Assembly (NCBI RefSeq): GCF_009914755.1
Contig: NC_060935.1
Direction: 5' to 3' (one strand)
Origin: the human T2T-CHM13v2.0 reference genome, Homo sapiens
Length of the DNA: 64,000 bases
Shown one piece after another: positions 1 through 42,320 of this stretch. The stretch's first letter is position 1; every line of letters starts with the position of its first letter. Made by a program: the position numbers and the translations under genes. A model generated the notes under the pieces. It saw only the letters and a list, made by a program, of their open reading frames with translations. It ran no database searches and had not been told where the DNA came from.

Positions 1-544
1 AGGGGCAGGCAGGGCCGGGGTGCAGAAAGGCAGGGGCCATGGCAAGCACAGAGAACCTGGACTTGCGGATCCAAATCTCCACCAGCTGCAGTCATTTCAC
101 GGGAGGCCTGCTGGTGGCCCCATAGACCTGCAGGGCCATGTGAGCGTGACATGGGCTCAGGTGTGTTGTCCCTTCAGGCCCCCAGCCTTGCAATGCCCTC
201 AGCATGGCAGCTACACGTTACCCCAGGAGCCCAGACTAGTGAGGACCAGATGCAGGCCTCAGCTGGCTGTTGGGACAGACCGGCAGGGCTGGGCTTGAGG
301 TGGGCCAGGAGAGGGCAGGAGGGGACAGTAAGGTGGTATTTGAGGCCGGGAGTGTAGCCTGGTGTGGCGCTCCCAGACAGCACTCAGTGTGGGGTGAGAT
401 AAACAGGGTGGGGGATGTCGGGTTGGGTTTTGAGGGTCACAATGGCCAGGCCCTCCCCTATGGCCATACCAAGCAACCCAGGGCAGGGGTCACATTTTAT
501 ATCCAAGTACTAGGGACACACGAACCAAGGCATGGCCTTTTCTT

Positions 545-910
545 ACAATTTAAAAAATTGAGATGCAATTCATATAAAATTCATCATTTTATTATACAAT
601 GTAGTGTTTTTTAGTACATTGACCGTGTTGTGCAACCCTTACCCCAAAAAGAAACCCCGTCCCCACCGCAGTCACTCCTCTCCCTCTCTCCAGCCCCCGG
701 CAGCCACGGATCTGCGTTCTGTGTCCGTGGATCTGTTCATATGAGTGGAATCTCACAATATGTGGCAACCCTTTGTGACTGGCTTCGTTCAGCCTCATGT
801 TTTCAAGGCTCATCCACGTTGTGGCCCCTGTTGGTGCCTTGTTCCTTTTTACAGCCGAGCCATGTGCTGCTGCGTGGAGATGCCACATGTGTGTCTTTTC
901 ATCCGCTCAC
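545..910 (-). mobile_element. Ancient L1M (L1MB-like) 3' end fragment in GRK2 intron 1
   Basis: Resembles the reverse L1MB 3' UTR (aaagaaacccc..., catatgagtggaatc..., ttttcaaggctcatccacgttgt) and is homologous to the copies at ~16620 and ~49935. Confidence 0.7.
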
Positions 911-1247
911 AAACCAGGCTTGGCTTTTGTGACTTGGCCAAGTTCCCAAAGCCAGCCGGTGGCATCACTGGGACGAGACCCCACAGGCGGTGGGCCTCTG
1001 AGCAGGGGGCCACCTGCCGGCCACCCTGGCCTTTGAGGACACAGCCTGGCGGGGGCGGTGCAGGCAAAGGCTTCCTTGAAGCCTTCTGGTCTGACCTGTG
1101 GCTGGGATAAGTGAGTAGGCCTGACGGGCTGGCCTCCTTCCTGGAGGGAGTGGCGACACCACCACAGTGCCCTCAGCTCGCGTTTCTGGGCCTGCAGCCC
1201 CCACGGGCTCTGGGGGCTTCTGCTTACTGCGCCCCCCTGACCCACAG

Positions 1248-9426
<8,179 letters not shown>

Positions 9427-10540
9427 CCCGCCCACCCGCCTTTTATAAACCTCTAATTTATTTTGTCGAATTTTTATTATTTGTTTTCCCGCCAAGCGGA
9501 AAAGGTTTTATTTTGTAATTATTGTGATTTCCCGTGGCCCCAGCCTGGCCCAGCTCCCCCGGGAGGGGCCCGCTTGCCTCGGCTCCTGCTGCACCAACCC
9601 AGCCGCTGCCCGGCGCCCTCTGTCCTGACTTCAGGGGCTGCCCGCTCCCAGTGTCTTCCTGTGGGGGAAGAGCACAGCCCTCCCGCCCCTTCCCCGAGGG
9701 ATGATGCCACACCAAGCTGTGCCACCCTGGGCTCTGTGGGCTGCACTCTGTGCCCATGGGCACTGCTGGGTGGCCCATCCCCCCTCACCAGGGGCAGGCA
9801 CAGCACAGGGATCCGACTTGAATTTTCCCACTGCACCCCCTCCTGCTGCAGAGGGGCAGGCCCTGCACTGTCCTGCTCCACAGTGTTGGCGAGAGGAGGG
9901 GCCCGTTGTCTCCCTGGCCCTCAAGGCCTCCCACAGTGACTCGGGCTCCTGTGCCCTTATTCAGGAAAAGCCTCTGTGTCACTGGCTGCCTCCACTCCCA
10001 CTTCCCTGACACTGCGGGGCTTGGCTGAGAGAGTGGCATTGGCAGCAGGTGCTGCTACCCTCCCTGCTGTCCCCTCTTGCCCCAACCCCCAGCACCCGGG
10101 CTCAGGGACCACAGCAAGGCACCTGCAGGTTGGGCCATACTGGCCTCGCCTGGCCTGAGGTCTCGCTGATGCTGGGCTGGGTGCGACCCCATCTGCCCAG
10201 GACGGGGCCGGCCAGGTGGGCGGGCAGCACAGCAAGGAGGCTGGCTGGGGCCTATCAGTGTGCCCCCCATCCTGGCCCATCAGTGTACCCCCGCCCAGGC
10301 TGGCCAGCCCCACAGCCCACGTCCTGTCAGTGCCGCCGCCTCGCCCACCGCATGCCCCCTCGTGCCAGTCGCGCTGCCTGTGTGGTGTCGCGCCTTCTCC
10401 CCCCCGGGGCTGGGTTGGCGCACCCTCCCCTCCCGTCTACTCATTCCCCGGGGCGTTTCTTTGCCGATTTTTGAATGTGATTTTAAAGAGTGAAAAATGA
10501 GACTATGCGTTTTTATAAAAAATGGTGCCTGATTCGGCTG
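9427..10540 (+). other. GRK2: GRK2 3' UTR (approximate end)
   Basis: Follows the stop at 9424-9426. It ends near a variant poly(A) hexamer TATAAA (10514-10519) with a U-rich element at ~10548-10558. Confidence 0.7.
10514..10519 (+). terminator. Probable GRK2 polyadenylation signal (variant TATAAA)
   Basis: Lies in an AT-rich patch at the end of a GC-rich UTR. No AATAAA or ATTAAA was seen between 9427 and 10560. Confidence 0.55.
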
Positions 10541-11159
10541 TCTCAGACTCTTTTTGTACCTGGTGACCCCTTTTCAGCTTCTGCTGGGCTGGGGCCTGAT
10601 GGGGAGGGTCTCGGTGGTACCAGGTCTCCTCCACCGCCATGGCTTCCAAGGTGGTCTGCTCGGGCCCAGGCCATCTTCCAGGTGGGGTGAGGCAGTGGGT
10701 CCCACTTCCCCTCCTACCCCTCCCAGCTGACAGTCCTCTCCACCTAGTGGCTGTCCAGTGCCCATTCCTCACCTTTTCCCGGGGAGGAGAGAGCAGCTTC
10801 TGCCACTTCCCAGGTAAGCAGGAGGAGGTGCCAACAGTGTTAGGCCTGGCACAGTGTCTGGGCTGACTGGGACCGTCTCAGGCCCACAGAACACCCCTGC
10901 ACAGCAGGCACCAAGCTGAGGCCCCTCCCCAGAAACAGTCACAAGGCACCTCTTCCCTCTAGGTCACACCGCAGCCTCTGGGCCCTTGGCCATCTCTGGC
11001 TTCAGCCTCCTCTCTGGCCTCACTGCACAGCCCTAGTAGGGGTCCCTGAGGCCTGAGGGGAACCCCAGCACTAGGCCTCTCCTCTACCCAGAGGCTTCTG
11101 GTCAACTTCCCTTTCCCCAGGTCCCTGCCCTAGCCCCGCGGGTGACTAAACAGATACAT

Positions 11160-12200
11160 GTTGCTGCCCACTCCACACAGGGCTTTGCTGGGCATGGCTG
11201 GGGCCCATGGCCAAAGCACAGCATGCCAGGCAGAGAAGGGAGGCAGGCAGCTGGGCAGGGTACTCAGGGCTGAATACAAGAGTCAGGGGCAATGGCCTTT
11301 GAGCCAGGCCTCCAGCATTGGTGTGGGAAGGAGGGAGGACATTTCTGAGGCAGGGAAGAGCCAGGGACTCATGAGTGGCCCAGGCTGGCCGGAGGACTAT
11401 AGGAAGGAGCCATGCCTGGAGGCACTGAATGCCAGGCTTAACCTATCCCGGAGCCAGGTGTGTGCTCAGGGCCTGCAGAATGAAGATACAAACGACATGG
11501 AGTCCAGACCTGCCATGCTCAGGGAGCCCTTGAAGGTGCGGAACAGGGCTGAGAGTGGTGAGAGCTGGCTCTAAAGTGATTGCCTGGTTACTGAGTACAG
11601 GATGTGGGGAGGGAGGTGAAGGACAGGAGGCAGGGAGACAAACCTCCGCAGTGGGAGAGGAAGAGATGAAAAGAGGCCAGACGGGAAGAACGTGGTCCAG
11701 CAGAAACAGGCTGGACTTGGGGCTGAGTGAGGCGGGAGTCTGGGGAAGAGGGTAGGTGTGGTTGGGTTGGCTTCGGACATACTGATGGGATAGCATGGGA
11801 TCCCTGGGCACAGAGATGTCCTGGAGTAAGCTGAAATGTGGACCTGGGGGTGGCATCAGGGTGACAATGGGAACGGACAGTCTCTCTCCCAGGGATGTGG
11901 GGGTCAGGGAGAGAGAGGAGGCCGTGGAAGAGGGTTGAGAAGGCACTGTCATGGAATTAAGTGCCAGTGGGGAGCTGTGTTCAAGATGGCAGAAATCAGG
12001 AGAGGCTGGAACCAAGAAAGTCCTGTCGGGGTTGAGTTTGGAGAGGGCTCAGGGAAGGGACCGCCTCTGAGAAAAGGGGTGGCCAGGGAGGGCTGCAGTA
12101 GTGGTGAGCAGGTGAGCTCTGGGCATTCAGAAGCCTTCGGGCTGCTACCAACCCCAGGACCTCACAGATTGACACCATAGCGTGGGGTGGCAAAGTGACC
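11160..12200 (-). mobile_element. Degenerate L2 between GRK2 and ANKRD13D
   Basis: Purine-rich sequence with L2-like motifs (agggagcccttgaagg..., ggactataggaaggagcc); boundaries are approximate. Confidence 0.45.
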
Positions 12201-13299
12201 CCAGATGGCACAGGCGCCATGTGACTACAGGGAGAAGGCAGGGTAAAAATGGCAATCAGGCCTTCCAGCCCAGAGTCTCAGAACTGAGGACGCCCTACAG
12301 CAGGAAGTGATGCTCAAGCTAGCTGGCCCTCCTCAATCATGTTCCACGTAGGGAAAGGGAGAATAGAGGGTCAGCCTTGGCCACCTAGCAAAACCAGGGC
12401 CCCAGACCCCAGGCTGGGCCTCCAGTAATCAAGGGCCGGAACTGAGCTGACGGAGGCCTGCACCCTAGTTCCGGTGTGGGTGGAGGGGCCGGCCCTGATT
12501 TCGAAACTCGCCTTCCTCTCCTGACGCTGGCAGCCAACCGCAGCCTCTGCAAAAGGGACTCGTGCGGCGGGCGAAGGCAGCCGTTCGCCGCGGGCGGTCC
12601 TCCGCCGGGACGGCTCTGCCGCTGCCTGGGCCTGCGCCCCTCTCTCCCCGAACTCCTATCCCTGACTTCAGGGCCCCGGGGGCCGCCTCCCCGCATCGCT
12701 GGGCCTGCAGACACCGGCCAGGTCCCAGGGGAAGGTGCTTCCCGCTCAGCCGGCAAGCACTTAGTGGCGTCTGCTCGTTGCTCGTCTCCAGGCCGGGTGA
12801 GGGGAGCCGGGGCGCCCCACTTCACCCGCACACCCCAGCAGAGTCGGTGACCGCGGGACCTGGGGTAGGAAGACCGGGGCGAGCAAGGGGATCCGCGGGG
12901 GAAACGCAGGCATCACGGCTGCAGCAGGACCGCGGCCCGCCGCGCACGCGCGTGCACTACCGAGGGGCCCAGTGCCCGCCCCCTCCGGCCCCGCCTTCCT
13001 CTTCCGGACCCGGCTCCGGGGGTCTGCGCAGGGCTCGGGGCGCCTCCTGCGGGCCGCGGGCGGAGCTGTAACCGGGCACCGCCCTCCAGGCCGCCCCAGC
13101 GGACCCGGGCCCGACCGAGGTCGGGGCGCAGACCCAAGGCCGGGCATCTCCTCGGGCGCTCGCGGTTGCTCTGCCGCGCGCTGGCCTGGCCGCGGTTGCC
13201 ATGGTTGCGGGGGGACGGGGGCGCGCGCGAAGCCCCGCCCCGGCCCGGCGCAGCCCCGCCCGCTCCGCCGCCCGCCCCGCCCTCCCTGCCGCCCGCGCT

Positions 13300-13320
13300 G
13301 CCGCCGCCGCCGCCGCCGCC
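13300..13320 (+). repeat. (GCC)7 trinucleotide repeat upstream of the ANKRD13D ATG
   Basis: gccgccgccgccgccgccgcc, followed by gct act gct gcg. Confidence 0.95.
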
Positions 13321-13436
13321 GCTACTGCTGCGGGGGCCGCGGGGGGCGCAGCTGGGGCGCGGCTCGGAGGGGAGGCTAGGGGGCCGTGCCAGGCCCGAAG
13401 CCGAGGCGGGGCCGGGATGCGGCGCTGAGGCCCAGC

Positions 13437-26296
<12,860 letters not shown>

Positions 26297-26427
26297 GCCA
26301 TAGCCCCGGGAGGGCTGGCCAGGCCACTCCCTGCCCGCTTTTGTAATTTATTTATTTATAAACTCTCTGCTGCTGAGCTTGGGGCCTGGAGCCCCAGGAA
26401 TGAGCAGGCAGGGGAGACTGAGATGGA

Positions 26428-26433
26428 AATAAA
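26428..26433 (+). terminator. ANKRD13D polyadenylation signal
   Basis: AATAAA ~130 nt after the stop codon. Confidence 0.9.
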
Positions 26434-27589
26434 GAGACTGTCGCAGCAGGGCTGCTCTGCTCACTGGGCTGGAGCGGTGGGGACCCTGAAGGTGGGGCGC
26501 TGTGGAGAGACACTGTGGATGGCGGCCTCAGACCTGGGCTTGAATCCTGGTCATGGTCCCCTTAGCCTATCTGAGCCTCAGTTTCTTCAGTTGTAAAATG
26601 AGGAGACCACCCCCCACCCTCCGCCCCTCAGGGCTGAAAGGAGCTGGCGAGAGTCACGTGTCCTTACCAAGCAGGCGTCCTGTGAAAGTCAGATCCCCTG
26701 TGCCCTGTCCCACCTGCTGGGGACCCGGTTCGTCCTGCCACCCAGCCTAGTCTTCTGGAAACCGGCCCACGTGCCTGCTGGGGAGGAAAAGCCTGGGTCC
26801 CCAGGCACCATTCACCTCCAGCTGGGAAGAGCCCCGACGCCGACCCCTGCAGCCAAGCCCAGGCCCTGGCCCTGACTGCGGCTTGTTCTCTGCGGGTGGG
26901 TTTGCGCAAGTCACTTCCGCCTGCGTAGCTGGAAGCCCTGCCCTGCTCGCCTCCGAGGTGGACCTGAGAGCCCCTCATGGGCTTCCTGGGTTATTTGTAA
27001 ACCCCAGGCCGTTTTCCCCGGAAGCCTGTCTTCCAGTGGTTCCTGCGGAGTGGGAACGAGAAGGCCGACCAGCAGGGAGAAATGTTTGGGGTGGGGGCCC
27101 TTGGCCGAGGGCGCGCCGTGCCTGATCCTCTCTAGACCTGTCCCCCACCTCCCCACCTCAGCTCTGCCTCCCTAGGACCCGCCTCTGCAGGGCACAGGAC
27201 GCTGGAGGCCCAGAACAGCTCAGGTGCTCCCGCTGGGCCGGCCCGGGCCGGGCGCTTCTTGGGAGGGGGACCAAACTCCCGGCCTTCAGCTCTTGCCCTC
27301 CGGGTCTCCGGGCTCCGCACCTGCGCCCGCCCCCGGCCTCGCCCCTGACCTGTGCCCAGGGGCTGGGCGGGCCGAACAGCGGAGACCGGAGGGGCGGGGC
27401 CCGGCCGCCCTGAGAAGCTCCGCGGGCCCGGCTGGGCGAGTGTCTGGCCCTTTAAGGGCCGCCCCCGAGGAGGTGCCAGGCCCGGGTGGCGCCGTCCGTC
27501 CTTCCTGGTCCTGCGGGTCCAGGACTGTCCGCGGGGTTGAGGGAAGGGGCCGTGCCCGGTGCCAGCCCAGGTGCTCGCGGCCTGGCTCC

Positions 27590-35851
<8,262 letters not shown>

Positions 35852-35959
35852 GCCCTCACACATGCCCACGCTCCCCTGACACTGAAGAGGATCCACAACT
35901 CCTTGGAGAAACACCCTCACGTCTGTTGCCGCACACATTCCTCTCAGCTCCGCCCCATA

Positions 35960-36036
35960 CCCGTCACTACAGCCTCACCTCCCACCCCTGTCACTACGGC
36001 CTCACCTCCCACCCCTGTCACTACAGCCTCACCTCC
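35960..36036 (+). repeat. 27-bp minisatellite, ~2.9 copies, in the SSH3 3' UTR
   Basis: Unit cc(c/t)gtcactac(a/g)gcctcacctcccacc starting at 35960, 35987 and 36014. Confidence 0.92.
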
Positions 36037-36537
36037 TACAGCCTTAAGTCCCAGGCCCATGTCTGCCTGTCCAAGGGCTCAAGACTTTCTAACTGGGATG
36101 TGGTAGAGGGACTGAAGGTACCTTTGGGGGCAACAGCACCCTAGTTTCATTCTCAACTCTAGCCCTGCACACTCACCTGTGGCACGGAATGAAAACAGAG
36201 CTTCCCGTGCAAAAAGGGTCACGCCTCCCACCCCCGCCCCCTCCCTGCACCTCCTGTCCTCTCCCAGTTCATTCCTGGAACCAGCCAGGCCAGGCAACCA
36301 GTGGCCCCCAAAGGCAGGCAGGATCCTCAGGCCCCAGCCGCGGGAGGCTGGAAGGGCTGGCAGATCGCTTCCCTCATCCACCTCCACCGGTCCAGGTCTT
36401 TGCTGCTGTCCCCAGACCTCCTGTGACACCACGCCAGATCACAGGGCACCAGGCCAGAGATAGTCTTCTTTTTGTCCTTTCTGGCCTCTGGCTAGTCAGT
36501 TTTTCATAGCCTTACAGTATCTGGCTTTGTACTGAGA

Positions 36538-36543
36538 AATAAA
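36538..36543 (+). terminator. SSH3 polyadenylation signal
   Basis: AATAAA with an upstream TGTA and a downstream U/GU-rich tract (tttggttattttc). Confidence 0.9.
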
Positions 36544-37149
36544 ACACATTTTCATATTTGGTTATTTTCAATGTGACGATGAAGCCATCTGTGTTGCAGT
36601 CAGACCCTTCTCTGCTGGCTGGGGAAGGTGGCCGCCCCTTCCTCCCAGCAGTCTCCTCACAATTCCAAGGTGGCTCGTGACAGACCTATTTGGGGGAGTG
36701 CCGTGTTTGGGCGTGGCGTGGGAGGAAGATTGGGTAAGAGAAGAGAGGAAGTCAGTGCTATCTCCCCATCTCCTGGGGCAGGGCCTGGTAAATATGACCT
36801 GCTCACACCCACCCGCTCAGACAGGTCGGGCAAGGGAAGAAGTCGTCAGCGGGCAGCAGGCATGTGGCTCCACTGTGAGAGCTGGAAGGGGTTACTCATG
36901 AGGAAGTGCCTACCTGGACAGGACCAAGCCTGTTCCAAAAGCGAAGCCTCCTTGGGACACTCGGCGCCAGGTTCTCTGGCATGTTTTGGGTCCCAAGAAT
37001 CACCTTCCTCCTGCTACAAAGCAAAGGGCCTGACTTTCCAAGCCAGGCTATTGCGGCCTGGGAAGAAGGACCCTTGGTGACACTTCCCCTCCTGCCCAGG
37101 GGTTCCTTCTGCTCAACTTTAGTGTCCAAGAAGAGTTAGTCATTCCATC

Positions 37150-39085
<1,936 letters not shown>

Positions 39086-39347
39086 TCACCCAAATTGCTA
39101 AAGGGGCAAAAAATAATAAGAAGGATATAAAATGAAAAGTAAATCTCACTCCTACTCTGTCCTCTAGTCCTTCACATCTACTCAGGCAATGACTTGTTAC
39201 CAGCTGCCTTTGATGCCCTCCAGGTACCCCATGCTTATGTAATCAAATATATTGGTATGTGTATTTTTTAAAAATACAGACAATAGCATGTTAACATACT
39301 ATTCTACACTTTGAAAATTGGTTCATATCAGAGTTCCACATCGGTAC

Positions 39348-40455
39348 CGTGGTGTTATATATACATTGGTTTTCATCCAGGCTCCTGGCTCATAACCCTC
39401 ATAGCCCTTGTTCAGTCTTTTGTTCTAATGTTGAGTGTGTCAGGCCTCAGGAGCAGGCCGCAGGAAACAACCTCTTGACATTCTGCCCTCCTCTCCCTTG
39501 CCCCAAGGCAGGGCTCTACTGTTCACCCTCACTTTCAGATTGTGGGTTATAAGACCCTCCCCAGAGAGACCCTCCTCCTCACTCTATACCCTGGTGTAAG
39601 GAATGCTGATGTCATGAAGCTTCCATTAAAAACCCAAGAGGACTGGCTTCTTGGAGCTCTGGGTAGCTGACCATGTGCAGGTTCCTCCCCGGTGGTGCAC
39701 CTAGGGAGGGTGTGCACACTCCGCACCCTCCCCCGTGCACATCTCTTCACCTTTATCCTTTGTAGTATCCTTTATAATAAGCCACTAAACGTAAGTGTTT
39801 CTTTGAGTTCTGTGAGCTGCTCCAGCAAATTAATCAAACCGAAAGAGGGGATCGTGGGAACCCCAACTTGAAGCTGGTCAGGCAGAAGTTCTGGAGGCCT
39901 GGACTTTTGACTGGGATCTGAGGGGAGGGAGATGCAGTCTTGGGGGCTGAGCCTCAACCTGTGCGATCCGACACTATCTCCCGGTAGACAGAGTTGGAAT
40001 TGAATTGGAGGCCACCCAGCTGGTCTGTTGCTTGGTGTGTGGGGAGAAAAACCCCACACCTTTTTTTTTTTTTTTGAGATGGATTCTCACTCTTGTCCAC
40101 CCAGGCTAGAGTGCAATGGCGCAATCTTGGCTCACTGCAACCACCACCTTCCAGGTTGAAGCGATTCTCCTGCCTCAGCCTCCCGAGTAGCTAGGATTAC
40201 AGGTGCCCACCACCATGCCTGGCTAATTTTTTTTTGTATTTTTAGTAGAGATGGGGGTTTCACCATGCTGGCGAGGCTGGTCTCGAACTCCTGACCTCAG
40301 GTGATCCACCCGTTTCGGCCTCCCAAAACGCTAGGATTACAGGCGTGAGCCATTGCGCCTGGCCAACCCAATATCTTTGGTCACCAAAGTCTTACGTGTT
40401 GATAATTGTGATGGTGTGAGAGCAGAGGAAAAACGCCATTTGAGTTTTCCCCCCA
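39348..40455 (+). mobile_element. MER21-like solo LTR interrupted by an antisense Alu (~40060-40364)
   Basis: 5' gtggtgttatatatacattggttttcatcc...ctcataaccctcatagcccttg and internal ctgtgagctgctccagcaaattaatcaaacc...gtgggaacccc are typical of MER21. Confidence 0.7.
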
Positions 40456-40614
40456 AATAGTACATAAAAGATTTGCCTCATTTAAAAAATAACCACACAT
40501 GTTCTATTTTATGGAATCCATCAGTTAAGTGGTCATTTATTGATGAACATTTAGGTTGTCTGAGGGCTCCCCCCCCGCCCCCATTCCAGGTAATGCTTTA
40601 TAAAGCACTTTTGT

Positions 40615-41065
40615 GGCCGGGCGGGGTGGCTCACGCCTGTAATCCCAGCACTTCGGGAGGCCAAGGCGGGTGGATAACGAGGTCAGGAGATCGAGACCAT
40701 CCTGGCTAACACGGTGAAACCCCGTTTCTACTAAAAATACAAAAAAATTAGCCGGGCATGGTGGCGGGCGCCTGTAGTCCCAGCTACTCGGGAGAATGGC
40801 GTGAACCCGGGAGGCGGAGCTTGCAGTGAGCCGAGATAGTGCCACTGCACTCCAGCCTGGGCGACAGAGAGAGACTCCATCTCCAAAAAAAAAAATCTTT
40901 TCTTTTTTTTTTTTGTGCCACGACGCTGGCTAATTTTCATATTTTTAGTAGAAGAGGGGGTCTCGCCATGTTGCCCAGGCTGGTCTCTAACTCCTGACCT
41001 CAGGTGATCCACCCCCTCCGTCTCCCAAAGTCCTGGGATTACAGACGTGAGCCACCGCGCCTGCC
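40615..41065. mobile_element. AluY-like (+) copy joined tail-to-tail to a partial antisense Alu
   Basis: 40615-40895 on plus; ~40898-41065 is a reverse left arm. Confidence 0.85.
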
Positions 41066-41199
41066 CCAATACCATCGTTTTCTAGAAATGAGGAAACTGA
41101 GGCTCAGAGAAGTAACTACTAATCTCTAACAGAGCCGGAATCAGATCCTAGGTTTCTAGATTCTCATTCCAAGAGACTAACGCGGGAGCGGGGAAGGTG

Positions 41200-42320
41200 G
41201 CTCCTGGGCAGTCAACTGACTGCACATTTCCGCCCAAGGCGGGACCTGGATCTAGAAGTGCTTGGAGCTCGCGGGTGGGAGGATCAGGATGACTGCTGCT
41301 CCCGGAGCCCGACTTCAACTCCCACCGGGCATAGGAGCCTCTCAGCAGCGCGAGGGGTCGCCCAGCCTGGACCTGGAACGCTTGCAGCACGACCGTCGCG
41401 CGCTTCCCTCCGGAACCAGCTCCCACCGTCACAGCCCCCTCCCTCGGCCGCTCCCGGCTCAGCCCAGGCTGGGGCGGGGCCTCGGAAGCAACTGCCCTCG
41501 CCCTAGCCAGGGCTGCCGCTTGTTAGGCCAAGTTTTCAAACGGCAAAATCAACCGCGCTGAAGAGACTGTGCCTCCTTCTCTTCACTCCGCATCCCAGAC
41601 GCCTCAGAGAAACTACCTTTCAGACCTTCGCGGCCTCTCCTGCGCCCGCAGCGCCCGGCAGCTGGGGACCCGGGCTTAGCCACATCGACCGCAACGTTCG
41701 CGCGCCACCTTGTGTCCATTCCCTTAGCCTCCAGGGACAACCCGGAAACCACATTTCCCAGCGTGCCGAGCGCCTCTGCGCAGGCGCAAAGAGTTTCCCT
41801 CGTTGCCATGGGAACCTCGCCCCTTCTAGAGTCCTGGCCGCTTGACTCAGCTAAGCGCGAAGGTGTTGTTTCTTCCTGAGGTGCGCTGGGGCTGGGACCC
41901 GGTCTGCAGAAGGTCCAGGGGATGGCGTCGGGGGATTGAGGAGAGGAGACCAAGCCGGCCTTGCCTCCGGGACCAGCGCTTCCAAATTCTCTGGGGCGTC
42001 CCGGCGCGCACACGCTCCTGAGGCCTCGGCGTTCTGAGGAAAGGGGCTGGCGTGGCGACCCGGGTCCTCGAGGCCGAGATCTGGCTGTGGCCCGCGAAGC
42101 CCCGCTTGCCCGCGCCAGCGTCTTGTCACCCCGAGCCGAGGGCCTGCGCGCGGCCGACAGGTACTCCCGGGCGCTGGCAGCCCACGGGGAGGGTTCGCGG
42201 CGCAGGTGAACGCGGAGGTAGAATCAGACAGGGCAGTGAGTGCGCCCGGGGCTGGATCTGGCTCAGCCGCTGGTGGATTCGGAACCCGGGAGGCCCCCAG
42301 GCCCGGTGGGCTTCAGTTCC
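41200..42320 (+). promoter_or_regulatory. CpG-island promoter with ETS, ZNF143-like, NRF1 and RFX X-box motifs
   Basis: CCGGAAA at 41742, ACCACATTTCCCAGCGTGC at 41748-41766, TGCGCAGGCGCA at 41777-41788, GTTGCCATGGGAAC at 41802-41815; high CpG density. Confidence 0.85.

Noticed and set aside
35960-36036. Regularly spaced repeats considered as a CRISPR-like array
   Set aside because: Head-to-tail tandem units with no unique spacers, in a human UTR; a minisatellite.
41937-41939. In-frame TGA read as selenocysteine or programmed readthrough
   Set aside because: No SECIS could be identified, and the context (TGA GGA) is not the CUAG readthrough motif; a nonsense change or chance is simpler.
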